A stretch of DNA of 64,000 nt from a plasmid. Both the position numbers and the translations under genes were made by a program. The stretch lies in the sequence record NZ_CP067021.1, one strand, 5' to 3'. Below the pieces are notes generated by a model. It was not told the origin of the DNA, did no database searches, and saw nothing but the letters and a program-made list of their open reading frames with translations. Within the stretch, counting starts at the first letter, position 1, and each line of letters opens with the position of its first letter. Shown here piece by piece: positions 9,988-19,864 of this stretch.

Positions 9988-11057
9988 ACAGCCACCCCCA
10001 TGCTTTCAACGGCACTTTCTAATGTTTGATGTGCTGAATAATCATCACAGTCGTAATAATCGTCATCGATCAAATTAGAGATGTCGTAGTCACTCAAACC
10101 GCTATTTAAACAGCGACTCAAAAGCTCAGGATCTAAACGATCATACTTGTTGCAAATCGTCATTAACGAATTGCTATGTGCGTTGTTTGCCGTGAAAAAT
10201 GAGTATGCAAAACCTTCAGGCGTTACGCTTCTAGCATTCTTAGTCGCAATACTATTGCCACCGTATAGGCGGTGCATTTTAGAGCCCTCAACAGGTTCAA
10301 CAGGTGCAATTGGTAGGTCGGCATTGAAACGGCCCCACAATAATGTTTTCTTTGTGTATGTATCACCAAAATGAAACGGATCAAACGACAGACGCCACGG
10401 CGACAACCCGGTTAAGCTCGCAATACGCCCTACTGGATTCTCAATTGCCCAAATATTCGGTTTAAAAAATTCAATTGTTCTTAAAGTTTGGTACACCAGC
10501 TCAATACTGCTTAACGTGCGACCATCAGCATCTTTGGCAGTAAAATGTCTTGCACCAGAAACAGCAAAGTCTGTACATGGGCATGCAGCTAAAATCGCAT
10601 GAACGTCCAAACCATCAAAGCATGCAAAAAGCTCGTTAAAGAATTCCACGCTGAAGTTATTAATATCGCCAAAATAAGGATCTGCCTGTATATCAAACCG
10701 AAATACTTGATAGCCAGCATCAACCCATGGTTGTGACCATGTGCCAGACAAATCAAAAAGAGAAAGGACAATTTTTTGGTTGTTTTGGGTGCGGATCGTT
10801 GGATCTAGATATTGGTTAAACGCAACGTTTTTCCATTGTTCTAAACGTTCTAATGCGGAAGATCTGGACATCCAGCCATTAGCTTCTACATATGCTTGTG
10901 ATTTCTTATTTAAGCGAACAACTTCATTCTTATGCGGTGCATCAAAGATGTTTGAAATCTTAAACTCAGCATCAATAAAACTACTTCTTGCATCCAATAA
11001 AAGCTTATTGAAAAGTTGCAATTGTTCATTGTTGTTTTGCGTTTTTACTAAATCCAC
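9984..11057 (-). CDS. second C5 cytosine methyltransferase-like protein (probable GTG start at 11057; the track starts at TTG 11069 inside the leader motif)
   Basis: PC motif (AACPCTDFAVSGARHF), ENV motif (IWAIENPVGR); leader B immediately upstream. Confidence 0.65.
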   Translation of the reverse strand: MDLVKTQNNNEQLQLFNKLLLDARSSFIDAEFKISNIFDAPHKNEVVRLNKKSQAYVEANGWMSRSSALERLEQWKNVAFNQYLDPTIRTQNNQKIVLSLFDLSGTWSQPWVDAGYQVFRFDIQADPYFGDINNFSVEFFNELFACFDGLDVHAILAACPCTDFAVSGARHFTAKDADGRTLSSIELVYQTLRTIEFFKPNIWAIENPVGRIASLTGLSPWRLSFDPFHFGDTYTKKTLLWGRFNADLPIAPVEPVEGSKMHRLYGGNSIATKNARSVTPEGFAYSFFTANNAHSNSLMTICNKYDRLDPELLSRCLNSGLSDYDISNLIDDDYYDCDDYSAHQTLESAVESMGVAV

Positions 11058-11064
11058 GACCGAC

Positions 11065-11091
11065 TCCAAGTTTTAAGCAATGAGCTTGATT
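11065..11091 (-). promoter_or_regulatory. Leader element B (rc: ATCAAGCTCATTGCTTAAAACTTGGAG) for the MTase operon
   Basis: Same 27-mer as two other sites. Confidence 0.65.
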
Positions 11092-11244
11092 ACTTAATTG
11101 TAGAGTCAGTTTTTCTAATAAAACTTTTTTAAAAAAAATAATATGAAATAGAAAAGGCTGAAATGATCAGCCTTTTATTATTAGCGAAAATAAGATTTAT
11201 ATTTTATTAATACCCTCACATAACTCTAATGCTAGTGGTTACAT

Positions 11245-12325
11245 GGCGAATTCAAACATGAGGTGCGACAGTTTCAAAAGCCATATGATAATCAACAAGC
11301 TGAGCAAATTTCTCTAATGGTGTAAGCCAATCTAACGCTTTTCTAGGACGAGTATTCAGTGACATGGCAACTTGATTTAAATAATGCTGATCTGCCTGAT
11401 TTAAATCAATCCCTTTAGGTAAATATTGCCTAATTAAACCATTCATATTTTCGCATGTGCCTTTTTGCCAGGGTGAATGTGGGTCACAGAAATATACATC
11501 TATGCCTAAATCTTCTTCAAGTATTTTATGTTCTGCCATCTCGCGTCCACGGTCATAGGTCAACGTTTTACGCAGTTCTGCAGGTAAATATTTCAGAGCT
11601 TCAGTTAAAGCCTTGCGCACTGATTCTGCCTTTGCATCAGGTAATGTTGCCAAGATACAGAGCCGTGTATTTCGTTCAATAAGTGTTGCTATCGAACTTT
11701 TATTGTCTTTACCTTTAATTAAATCAGCTTCCCAATGACCCGGTATTTTTCTTTCTTGAACTTCGGCTGGGCGCTCATGAATAGTTTTAATATCCTGTAA
11801 TATAGAATCTTTTTTAGGTTCACCGTTAGCTTTTCGCTTTTTATTTTCATGACGCAGACAGGATAATAAGTCTTTTTTCAACTCACCCTTTGGTAATGCT
11901 CGTATCGTTGAATAAATCGTTGTATGGCTTACATTCATTGTTTGATCCAAATCAGGAAATGTCTTTAAACGTTTTGCTATTTGCTGAGGAGACCATAAAC
12001 AACGGATCGCTTCAACAATAAATTTCCAGAGGATTGAATCGATTTTGAGTTTTCTGTGACCACGTCTACGTCTAGCGAAGGTGTTATCAGAAGCATATTG
12101 AGCTTGATAAACGTCATTGATGCTATTTCTTTTAAGCTCACGATAGATCGTACTAGGATGTCTTTTAATGAGTTCAGCAAATTTTCTGGCTGAAAAGCCT
12201 TCTTTTCTTGACTCAAGCATTAATGCAGTACGATCTTCAAAGTTAAGATGATGGTATGACAATTTTATATACTCCATAAACCCTTTAAATTAATTAGGTG
12301 GTTTATGTCGCACTTCAAGTTTTAC
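11245..12325 (-). mobile_element. IS30-family insertion sequence (ISAba125-like), about 1.07-1.09 kb
   Basis: Terminal inverted repeats AAACATGAGGTGCGACAG (11255-) and CTGTCGCACTTCAAGTTT (-12323) flank the transposase ORF. Confidence 0.75.
11252..12277 (-). CDS. tnp: IS30 family transposase (DDE)
   Basis: 341 aa; N-terminal HTH; DDE region with ...HWEADL...D...E; typical IS30 length. Confidence 0.85.
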   Translation of the reverse strand: MEYIKLSYHHLNFEDRTALMLESRKEGFSARKFAELIKRHPSTIYRELKRNSINDVYQAQYASDNTFARRRRGHRKLKIDSILWKFIVEAIRCLWSPQQIAKRLKTFPDLDQTMNVSHTTIYSTIRALPKGELKKDLLSCLRHENKKRKANGEPKKDSILQDIKTIHERPAEVQERKIPGHWEADLIKGKDNKSSIATLIERNTRLCILATLPDAKAESVRKALTEALKYLPAELRKTLTYDRGREMAEHKILEEDLGIDVYFCDPHSPWQKGTCENMNGLIRQYLPKGIDLNQADQHYLNQVAMSLNTRPRKALDWLTPLEKFAQLVDYHMAFETVAPHV

Positions 12326-12418
12326 TCTGCCCATTACTGGTTGATGCAACCAGGAATAACGAACAGCAAAGTAGTATTCTTTATTAATGGCGCATGAATT
12401 AGTCATAGTAAATACCTA

Positions 12419-12676
12419 CTAGTCTTTAGTTAGCCAAAGGAAGAAACACAGTCCGAAGATGAAGAACCCCAATGTCAAAGGAACAGAAAGAAAAAAATGT
12501 TCGACTACACCAAAGCTAAAAATGGTACCAATATTGGTTGAAATAAAAAATCCCATTACACTAAGTAGTATTGGAAAAATAGCCATGAAAAAAATGTATA
12601 GCATTACTTTCAAAACCTTGTGATTTTGGAAGAATCTACGTTTAAAAAAATCTTTGCTTGGACCACTTAAAATCAT
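12419..12676 (-). CDS. small membrane protein (85 aa, 2 TM)
   Basis: Hydrophobic ORF 9 nt after the upstream gene. Confidence 0.4.
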   Translation of the reverse strand: MILSGPSKDFFKRRFFQNHKVLKVMLYIFFMAIFPILLSVMGFFISTNIGTIFSFGVVEHFFLSVPLTLGFFIFGLCFFLWLTKD

Positions 12677-12684
12677 GCCTTCAC

Positions 12685-13461
12685 CTATCGCCCATATAAC
12701 TTATTAAGTTTGCCTGATGCTATTTCACTAAACTTTACGTAAATAGTGATTGCCGTTTTCGCTAATTGAATTTCAAGATGTTCGTTAATACGAATGTAAT
12801 ACCCTTTATTCATATTTAGATTTGTTGTTAATTCCTCGATAGCCTTATCAAAATTTTTTTCATCAATGTCTAACAATGACTCATCAGCACTGATGCTTAA
12901 ATTAATTGTTTTAGCTATTTGTTCAAAAGTACGAACCATATTGAAACATTGGTCTATTTTTCTTTTCTTATTGATACCAGTACCATGAATACGTGTTTTA
13001 GGTGATTTCTCAACAAACTTAAAACTCCATATCGTATCGTATATACCGACTTGATTAGCAAGCACATCAATCAGTGATGAATTATTTGAAAGATCATTCA
13101 TAACAGATAGTGCCTTACGTGCAGCATTAAGCCCAAACACTTTGCCGTTTTGTGTGCAGTACTTCGTATAGAACATTGTTTTGACCTCTAAACGATTGTT
13201 ACTCTTACTGACAATCTGATTATAAACCTTGATCCAATAGATATTGCATAGTGTTAAATACAAAGGATCTTTATCAGTCTCTTTTTGTAGTTCTGGAAGT
13301 ACAGCATTAAGATCTGAATGCTGGTTAAGCTGTAATATGCTTAATTGAACTTCTGGATCAAAGTTTACAAATACTTTTCTAGCATCAAGTAGCGCCGTAG
13401 CTTTATCATTAAATTCAAAAAACAACTCGTTTAGTATTTTATCTATTTCTGCCCTTTTCAT
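12685..13461 (-). CDS. hypothetical protein (258 aa)
   Basis: Long ORF, AT-rich. Confidence 0.5.
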   Translation of the reverse strand: MKRAEIDKILNELFFEFNDKATALLDARKVFVNFDPEVQLSILQLNQHSDLNAVLPELQKETDKDPLYLTLCNIYWIKVYNQIVSKSNNRLEVKTMFYTKYCTQNGKVFGLNAARKALSVMNDLSNNSSLIDVLANQVGIYDTIWSFKFVEKSPKTRIHGTGINKKRKIDQCFNMVRTFEQIAKTINLSISADESLLDIDEKNFDKAIEELTTNLNMNKGYYIRINEHLEIQLAKTAITIYVKFSEIASGKLNKLYGR

Positions 13462-13467
13462 AAGTGG

Positions 13468-13662
13468 CTAACTCCCAAAAAAAAACTCTATTGCCATTTC
13501 GCTTTCTATACAGGTCAGTGTAACTTCACCTGATTGCATGTAATTCAGTAGGTCATTACGCTTTTTTATCAGGTCCTTTTGTGAAGTAGACACATACAGA
13601 TTAGTTGCACAATAGCTTTGAATCTGAGTGATCAACTTCATCTTTAAGCGTAGCAAGCTCAT
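13468..13662 (-). CDS. small hypothetical protein (64 aa)
   Basis: ORF 7 nt upstream of the 258-aa gene. Confidence 0.3.
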   Translation of the reverse strand: MSLLRLKMKLITQIQSYCATNLYVSTSQKDLIKKRNDLLNYMQSGEVTLTCIESEMAIEFFFGS

Positions 13663-13721
13663 TGATAACCGCAGCGAGTTCTTTTTCTTGAATCAACATT
13701 TGAATACATCCTACGATTGAA

Positions 13722-13739
13722 TAGACGAAAGGCCTGTAA
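13722..13739 (-). terminator. Hairpin AGGCCTG-taac-CAGGCCT downstream of 13757..14122
   Basis: 7-bp stem; weak U-tract. Confidence 0.35.
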
Positions 13740-13756
13740 CCAGGCCTGGAAAATGA

Positions 13757-14122
13757 TTACTTTGTATAAATCACATTCTTATATTGTGTTTGGAGCTTGT
13801 AGAACTCACGGTGAGATAGCTCTTTAGGGTTTTGAGCCATGATCGTATAAAACTTACGAATCTCTTGTTCCTTTTTTTCCGATGGTTCACTGATCTCAGC
13901 AATACGCACGGTTTCATACCAGCCGACTACTTGGCCATAGTCTTTAGATGCGATTTGCGCCGTAGAATAAAATACATAAGAAATAATGATGGTTGCAACA
14001 CCAGTAATCGCTAGCAACGTAAATGTCGTGCGACCCCATGCAAGAAGCTTTGCTTTGTATTCATCAAGAGCAAGCAACCAAGTACCAACCATCGCAAGAG
14101 CTAAAATATCACCTAAAATCAT
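13757..14122 (-). CDS. membrane protein (121 aa, 2 N-terminal TM helices)
   Basis: ORF; hydrophobic N-terminus. Confidence 0.5.
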   Translation of the reverse strand: MILGDILALAMVGTWLLALDEYKAKLLAWGRTTFTLLAITGVATIIISYVFYSTAQIASKDYGQVVGWYETVRIAEISEPSEKKEQEIRKFYTIMAQNPKELSHREFYKLQTQYKNVIYTK

Positions 14123-14269
14123 TTTGGTTTTCCTTAAATAAATTCACCTTTCGCTTTTAATTATAGAAAATAAAACCCTTAAAACTTTTTTTCTAAAAAC
14201 AATTATTCTTTTCTTAAAATATTTAAAAGGACTTATAAAACCACTTTAAGCTTTCTTAAAAACGCATAC

Positions 14270-14292
14270 GCTGATTTTAATTGATTAAAATA
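14270..14292. promoter_or_regulatory. Copy 4 of element A (GATTTTAATTGATTAAAA)
   Basis: Conserved element. Confidence 0.55.
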
Positions 14293-14378
14293 AAATTCAC
14301 TTTTTAATTTTTAGAGAAAAGTTAAAACCTTTTAAGGATTGATACTATGTATCTATTCCAATAGATAGGCGATCCCCT

Positions 14379-14723
14379 ATGCACTCATTACCAGTTGACG
14401 CTAAATCAGTAAAACATTTTGCATCGAATCCTTTAAGTGATTGGGCAATAGGACTTGTCAAAGCTGATGCGGTGAATAACCACCTTAGTTTTGATGCTAA
14501 CTGCACCCTTCAGTTAAGCACGGTTTTTGATTTTATTGCGATTGCGGATACCGAAGCAGAAGACTTTGAATCGCTGTTTTTAAGAGAGTTTGGTGAGGAT
14601 TTCACACCATTAAGTCACCTTGAATATGAATCAGTGAATAGCTTGGCTGAAATGATTACATCGCAATATGAGACGGCGATCGAAACCGTTAGACACATCA
14701 TTATTGAACGTGAATTGAACTAA
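14379..14723 (+). CDS. small highly acidic hypothetical protein (114 aa)
   Basis: ORF; D/E-rich composition; start uncertain (weak SD). Confidence 0.45.
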   Translation: MHSLPVDAKSVKHFASNPLSDWAIGLVKADAVNNHLSFDANCTLQLSTVFDFIAIADTEAEDFESLFLREFGEDFTPLSHLEYESVNSLAEMITSQYETAIETVRHIIIERELN

Positions 14724-14735
14724 GGAACTGGACGC

Positions 14736-15485
14736 ATGAATAAGCTTGTACTTGCCATTGAGTCAGGGCGTATTACTGACGGAGAAGTTTTATTTTCACA
14801 GTTGAATCAGCTTAAATCTGGTCAAATACCCGATATGGTAAGTAGACAGCAATTTGCTGAATTGTCTGAAATGGTCAATGCCTACCAGGATGTATGGATG
14901 GATGAACCAGTAGCTTTTTTTCAGCCTATCCAAGACTTTTTAAAAGCGATTGATTTAGAAGTCTACAATGATTTCAGCACTGATTTTGACTTGTGGTACT
15001 ACTACGAAGCACCAGAGCAAAAATACGAAGCAACAGTAGCAACTAAACCATTATTCACGGCACCAAAACTCACCGCTACTGGTGAAGTCTACAACTGTCT
15101 ATTGACCGTTGAACAAGCTCAAAACTATCTAAATAAGGCAATTCAATTTGCTCGTGACCATAACATGCCAGTACCAAAGTCATGTAATGAACCGTTTATC
15201 GTCACAGATGGTTTAGAGGTTGGATCTGAGTTGATCTACTCAGGCGTAGGCACAGATAAAGCCGTATATACGGCAATACAGCTCATACAAGAGGCAATAC
15301 TCAATAATGCTGGTAAAGAGCATGTGTTATGCCTAAGACGTTTTTCAAACAGCTTAAAACCATTGGTAAAGTCTGCATTAGGAAAGGAAGTTTACTTAAC
15401 CAATTGCACACTAGGGAAGCTGGCAGATCTTCTTGATCGCCCTGAAACATGGTCAGAGTTCACAGAACACTTTAAACAAAACTAA
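14736..15485 (+). CDS. hypothetical protein (249 aa)
   Basis: ORF with AAGGAA SD. Confidence 0.55.
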   Translation: MNKLVLAIESGRITDGEVLFSQLNQLKSGQIPDMVSRQQFAELSEMVNAYQDVWMDEPVAFFQPIQDFLKAIDLEVYNDFSTDFDLWYYYEAPEQKYEATVATKPLFTAPKLTATGEVYNCLLTVEQAQNYLNKAIQFARDHNMPVPKSCNEPFIVTDGLEVGSELIYSGVGTDKAVYTAIQLIQEAILNNAGKEHVLCLRRFSNSLKPLVKSALGKEVYLTNCTLGKLADLLDRPETWSEFTEHFKQN

Positions 15486-15511
15486 TCAAGCTCATGGCTT
15501 AAAACTTGGAG
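15485..15511 (+). promoter_or_regulatory. Leader element B (ATCAAGCTCATGGCTTAAAACTTGGAG)
   Basis: Conserved 27-mer; GGAG 8 nt before ATG 15520. Confidence 0.65.
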
Positions 15512-15519
15512 ATACGACA

Positions 15520-16050
15520 ATGCAACTACACAATTTGAATCCTGGTACCGATACAGTTCGCCACCTTTTGAAAACCGAGAGTGCTACATATAGTGGCGTT
15601 CCATCATGTGTGATCAATATCATTGGGCAAGCAAAAAAGACTGTTCCCAACTTTATTGAAGTGATTTTTGTTGAGGTTGTATTGTTTCATCCCAAAGATG
15701 GCGAAGTATACGAAATTGAAGTGAGTGCACCGTTACAGGTTGAGCCTGTTGCCGAAGCTCACCGTATTGGAATGTTCAATCCAAGTGAAGCTAGAGCACT
15801 TATTGAGGGTGAAGTGCTGGATGTAGCAATCAATCTACAACGCAAGGCAATTGAGGAAATGATTGAATATGATTTGCTCTCAGAAGACGGTCTGGAGAAG
15901 TTCAACGCATGGAATGGGATCTCACCTGAAAGCCTATTGCTTGAAAGCTTTGAATGCGTGACCGAATACAACGGACTTCACAGCACACACTTTATGGCCA
16001 GCAAGGTGAAGCAAAAAGTAACCAATTACCTTAAAAGAGATTTGTTCTAA
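15520..16050 (+). CDS. hypothetical protein (176 aa); the track ORF 15433..16050 is trimmed to the ATG after leader B
   Basis: ATG in frame 8 nt after GGAG. Confidence 0.55.
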   Translation: MQLHNLNPGTDTVRHLLKTESATYSGVPSCVINIIGQAKKTVPNFIEVIFVEVVLFHPKDGEVYEIEVSAPLQVEPVAEAHRIGMFNPSEARALIEGEVLDVAINLQRKAIEEMIEYDLLSEDGLEKFNAWNGISPESLLLESFECVTEYNGLHSTHFMASKVKQKVTNYLKRDLF

Positions 16051-16060
16051 TCAGATCCAT

Positions 16061-16090
16061 AAAAAAGAGAGGTTTGCCCTCTCTTTTTTA
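16061..16090. terminator. Bidirectional rho-independent terminator (AAAAAAGAGAGG-tttgc-CCTCTCTTTTTT)
   Basis: 12-bp stem flanked by A-run and T-run. Confidence 0.7.
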
Positions 16091-16113
16091 TGGCCATAGA
16101 TTTATGGCCGTAA

Positions 16114-16152
16114 ACGGTGTTTTTTAATTGATTAAAAAGGTTTTGGATTCTT
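16114..16152. promoter_or_regulatory. Copy 5 of element A (GGTGTTTTTTAATTGATTAAAAAGGTTTTGGATT)
   Basis: Conserved element; overlaps the stop codon of the minus small ORF. Confidence 0.6.
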
Positions 16153-16254
16153 CAACCCATTAGGTTTTTTAACCAAGCTTAATGCAATAGCCAAAACAAC
16201 AACACTGGCTAACATAGCCAGTGGTATTAAAAGGAATTTTAAAGGTTGAGCCAT
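16132..16254 (-). CDS. 40-aa hydrophobic peptide (MAQPLKFLLIPLAMLASVVVLAIALSLVKKPNGLKNPKPF)
   Basis: Hand-translated minus-strand ORF with its own leader-B variant (CTTAAAACTTGGTG) upstream; below the ORF-track cutoff. Confidence 0.35.
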   Translation of the reverse strand: MAQPLKFLLIPLAMLASVVVLAIALSLVKKPNGLKNPKPF

Positions 16255-16400
16255 ATTCCACTACACCAAGTTTTAAGCGTTGTGCTTATTTAATTTAATT
16301 ATAGTGAAAAAGTTAGCTTATAAATTTTAAAAAAAAATTAATGACCATGGTTTTTATTAAAATATCTATATAGACAATTAAGCTAATTAGGTGGGCAATT

Positions 16401-17204
16401 ATGAATATGTTGGTAAATATAAAAAGAGAAGTGCAAGCATCTGAATTAGACTTTATTGAAGTCGAAAAGCTAATTTTGCAATGCGAAAAAGCAAAATCGT
16501 CAATAAAGGTTATTTATGAAAGCATCAAAGATATTGAACTTGATGCTTACCAGATTGTGAGTGCAATCACCCGAAAATCATATTCATCATCATTCAATAC
16601 TGAAGAATCTGCTTTAAAACAAATATCGTCATGCTTCTGGAGGAAGTTAACTGAGATCATCAATCTTAGAAACTTTATATCTGAAAAAGAATATGATGCG
16701 TTGTCAGATAAAATTGCTCGTCATGAAATTGAAGATTTCACGATGGATAACGTGAATGTATTTTTAGAATCTATCTGGTCTACGCGCCACATGGCATATG
16801 CTCGTAAAGTTGATTCATTGTTTTGCCAATTATCAAGCAAATACAAAACCAATCTTGGTGCTGGTATTAACCCGTGCGTGATCATTCATCACAATAGCTA
16901 CCATTCTTATTGCAGACGAGATAATTTAGTGGAAGAAGTACGCTTTATAGCAAGGCAGTTATTTGGCAAGCCTTTAGACCACACTAGATTAGATAAACTC
17001 AGGTTAGATCGTGGTATCTGGCATAGCATTGATGATAATTTATTACGCATTAAGATCTACGAAAACGGTAACTGTCATATCTTGTTTAATCAATGCGTAG
17101 TTGATCGCATTAACCAGGTATTAAACCTGTTATATCCGAATCAAATTGGCATAGATCCAAATGTAAAACACAAACGCCGTGCGTATGATGAACCCATTTT
17201 ATAA
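16401..17204 (+). CDS. hypothetical protein (267 aa)
   Basis: ORF with AGGTGG SD. Confidence 0.55.
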   Translation: MNMLVNIKREVQASELDFIEVEKLILQCEKAKSSIKVIYESIKDIELDAYQIVSAITRKSYSSSFNTEESALKQISSCFWRKLTEIINLRNFISEKEYDALSDKIARHEIEDFTMDNVNVFLESIWSTRHMAYARKVDSLFCQLSSKYKTNLGAGINPCVIIHHNSYHSYCRRDNLVEEVRFIARQLFGKPLDHTRLDKLRLDRGIWHSIDDNLLRIKIYENGNCHILFNQCVVDRINQVLNLLYPNQIGIDPNVKHKRRAYDEPIL

Positions 17205-17398
17205 AGCTCATTAAAAAACCATCAATTGTTATTGTGGTTTTTTTTAGATATATACGGTACTAATTTTGCGATCGTGCCACTGGTGAACATACACTGACCA
17301 TATCACTATGGATACTTGGGATAAATCATATCCCTTAAAGGCAGATTTAAATTTAGACTCCATTTTTCGGAGCTGCATTCTCTTATCACGAGATGGCT

Positions 17399-17692
17399 CT
17401 AATTCAATATCCCCAATGAATTGAGAATTGCAATAAGATCTTGTTCAGGTGTATCAGCAAGCACCGTCACGTTATAGCCACCGCTAAACTGGTGTAATTC
17501 AGCACAGTACTCAACATCAGACGCCGTGAGTACCAATTCAACATCAAAATATTGAATCACTTTAAGCACCTGGTACTTTGCTTTAAAGAATCCGTTGTTT
17601 TCAGCTAACTTCATCGCTTCAGCAATGGTGATGTTTTCAAGCACAAGACGGTCTTGAGCTGGTTCATCTTCATATGTTTTAAAACTTAACAA
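17399..17692 (-). CDS. hypothetical protein (97 aa)
   Basis: ORF. Confidence 0.4.
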   Translation of the reverse strand: MLSFKTYEDEPAQDRLVLENITIAEAMKLAENNGFFKAKYQVLKVIQYFDVELVLTASDVEYCAELHQFSGGYNVTVLADTPEQDLIAILNSLGILN

Positions 17693-17786
17693 TTTAATTA
17701 AACTTAATTAATTAACTAATTGCTCGTTAAATTATTCTTAATGCATTACGGCGATACGGCTAATAGAAAAATCATATTAGTACGCA

Positions 17787-17830
17787 AGCGATGTTTTTTA
17801 ATTGATTAAAAAAAGATTGAAAATCTTATT
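17787..17830. promoter_or_regulatory. Copy 6 of element A (GCGATGTTTTTTAATTGATTAAAAAAAGATTGAAAATC)
   Basis: Conserved element. Confidence 0.6.
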
Positions 17831-17880
17831 TTTCGAGAAAGGTTTGCCAGGTTGTGTTTTCCCATAAAATGAAACTATCA

Positions 17881-17905
17881 AAAGCAGAAAGCTTAAAACT
17901 TGGAG
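17881..17905 (+). promoter_or_regulatory. Leader element B (AAAGCAGAAAGCTTAAAACTTGGAG)
   Basis: Identical 25-mer to 3965-3989. Confidence 0.65.
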
Positions 17906-17913
17906 TGAACAGC

Positions 17914-18321
17914 ATGTCAAATTTAAACGCTCAATCAGTACAGTTACAAGGCACTTTATACATCGGTTTCCCTAAAACTTTTAGCGGTGCTCACATGGAA
18001 ACATTGTTTGATGAAATCTCAGATTACATCGACAACAACTGTGATTTAACCCTTGCGGATCTTCAAGCGGATAGTGACTATGCTCAACTTCAATTTCAAC
18101 AGCACATGCCGACATTGGCTGATAAAACAAATTTCTTCTTCATGGACGTTGAAATCTATGTTGCAACATTAAAAGAAAACTTTGGTCATACATCAGTACT
18201 CGACCAAGTTACCTCAGTAAATATCTTTGGCAAAAACCTTGAAGACATTTGCACGTTAATGGCTCAAAACGGCTACGCATACGACCGTATAGAAGATTGT
18301 TGGTCACGCGAACTTTCTTAA
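17914..18321 (+). CDS. hypothetical protein (135 aa; track ORF trimmed to ATG 17914)
   Basis: ATG 8 nt after GGAG. Confidence 0.55.
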   Translation: MSNLNAQSVQLQGTLYIGFPKTFSGAHMETLFDEISDYIDNNCDLTLADLQADSDYAQLQFQQHMPTLADKTNFFFMDVEIYVATLKENFGHTSVLDQVTSVNIFGKNLEDICTLMAQNGYAYDRIEDCWSRELS

Positions 18322-18386
18322 TTCAATTCACCCATACGCACGGATAACGTGCGTATGCCACTGAATCACATTTGAGGATATAAACC

Positions 18387-18857
18387 ATGCAAAACCTAAT
18401 TACAGCGCATTGCGAGCTAACCATCAAACATGATGAAAAACAGCAAAAAAATGTCGGGCCTGTTGTTGTGACGTTTGGGGCGATCTTTACTGCTGAGTCG
18501 GTGAATGAACTGTTTTGCGCTATATGCCAAGACGGAATCAGATTTAAAGCAATCTATAACCCCGACAATATGTATTTTTTACGCCATGAGCTAAGCCCAA
18601 TTGCTGATTTGTCAGTTAAGACAGACCAAGACGGCAACATTATTGTCAGTGTGATTGCATCCACTAGCCCATATTTTGAGATCAAAGTACTAAAAAATGG
18701 TTTTACCAACTCAGACACCTTAAATAGTTCTGCGATTCGCACGTTGGTTCGCAACCATCAAAGCCCATTCCAAGAGCAAATTTCTGACTACTTTGAAACA
18801 GACCAAATTTTTAAAACCATGCAAGCAATTTTTGCACACACGTATTTAAGCCGATAA
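18387..18857 (+). CDS. hypothetical protein (156 aa)
   Basis: ORF with GAGGA SD. Confidence 0.55.
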   Translation: MQNLITAHCELTIKHDEKQQKNVGPVVVTFGAIFTAESVNELFCAICQDGIRFKAIYNPDNMYFLRHELSPIADLSVKTDQDGNIIVSVIASTSPYFEIKVLKNGFTNSDTLNSSAIRTLVRNHQSPFQEQISDYFETDQIFKTMQAIFAHTYLSR

Positions 18858-18868
18858 GGAACTTCACC

Positions 18869-19819
18869 ATGACGACCGCTACTGCTACCGCTGAAAAGAC
18901 CGTGTTCAAACGTGAAACGTTGGAGCTGAAGAACATCCATGTTTACACCCAAAACGACCGCATTAACCAAAAAAGTCGCGTTGGCGACCGTGCATACGAC
19001 AATGGATTAGTGAAGGACATCCTGTTCAGCCCTATGCTTTGGGCTACCCCTGAATTTTCATCTAGCTATGTTACTCAGATTCAAATTAAAGGCACACGCA
19101 TTTATGATTCACTTTGCAGTTATACTGGCGTTCGCACCTATTTTTATAAGTTGTCAGACAGTGAGTTTGGGTGCATGTATCAAAAACGTCCGTACCCACA
19201 AAACGACTTTCTCTTAATTTTTGCAAACTTAACGCAAATGTTTAACGATGCAGTTTGTTACTTTGGAAACAACAGTAATAAAAACGTTTTTAAAGGTCTA
19301 AATTTTGACATCGAAAGTGGTGTTTCACGGTTCAATTTACAGCAACGTTTATTAGAGTTTTATAAGAAGTCTAAACGCCAATTGACCATCAGTGAAACAA
19401 CAAGAGGAATGCTTGGTGACTCGAATCTTCGCTATAACATCTTTGTTCGCAACCAACCAAAATTGGACAAACACGGCAAGCCGTTAAAGTGCGCCAAAAA
19501 ACTCATTAAGCTGTACAAAGAGCGTGGCACAGTTGCGATCTATGGCGGTGACTGCATTTCACCACTCAAGCTCGTTAAACACCAACAAATCAAGCTAGAG
19601 AGCGAAAATGGCAAGTTTTCATATACGACTGACTTCATCACGTTGTACTCAGTAGAACAAGACATGTACACCTTATATATTCCCTATTCAGCACTTAATG
19701 AAAGCTACGGAACAACTAATAAATTTTATGGTTTGCATCTCACCCAAGAAGAAGCAGAAAAAACCATCCCGAAATTATTAGAACGTACTCAAAAGTATTT
19801 AAACCATAAAAAAGGTTAA
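18869..19819 (+). CDS. hypothetical protein (316 aa)
   Basis: ORF with AAGGAA SD; hairpin GTTGATCA-n6-TGATCAAC after the stop. Confidence 0.55.
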   Translation: MTTATATAEKTVFKRETLELKNIHVYTQNDRINQKSRVGDRAYDNGLVKDILFSPMLWATPEFSSSYVTQIQIKGTRIYDSLCSYTGVRTYFYKLSDSEFGCMYQKRPYPQNDFLLIFANLTQMFNDAVCYFGNNSNKNVFKGLNFDIESGVSRFNLQQRLLEFYKKSKRQLTISETTRGMLGDSNLRYNIFVRNQPKLDKHGKPLKCAKKLIKLYKERGTVAIYGGDCISPLKLVKHQQIKLESENGKFSYTTDFITLYSVEQDMYTLYIPYSALNESYGTTNKFYGLHLTQEEAEKTIPKLLERTQKYLNHKKG

Positions 19820-19864
19820 TACCCTTGCGTTGATCAGCTAATTGATCAACTGCTGGCTTTATAA

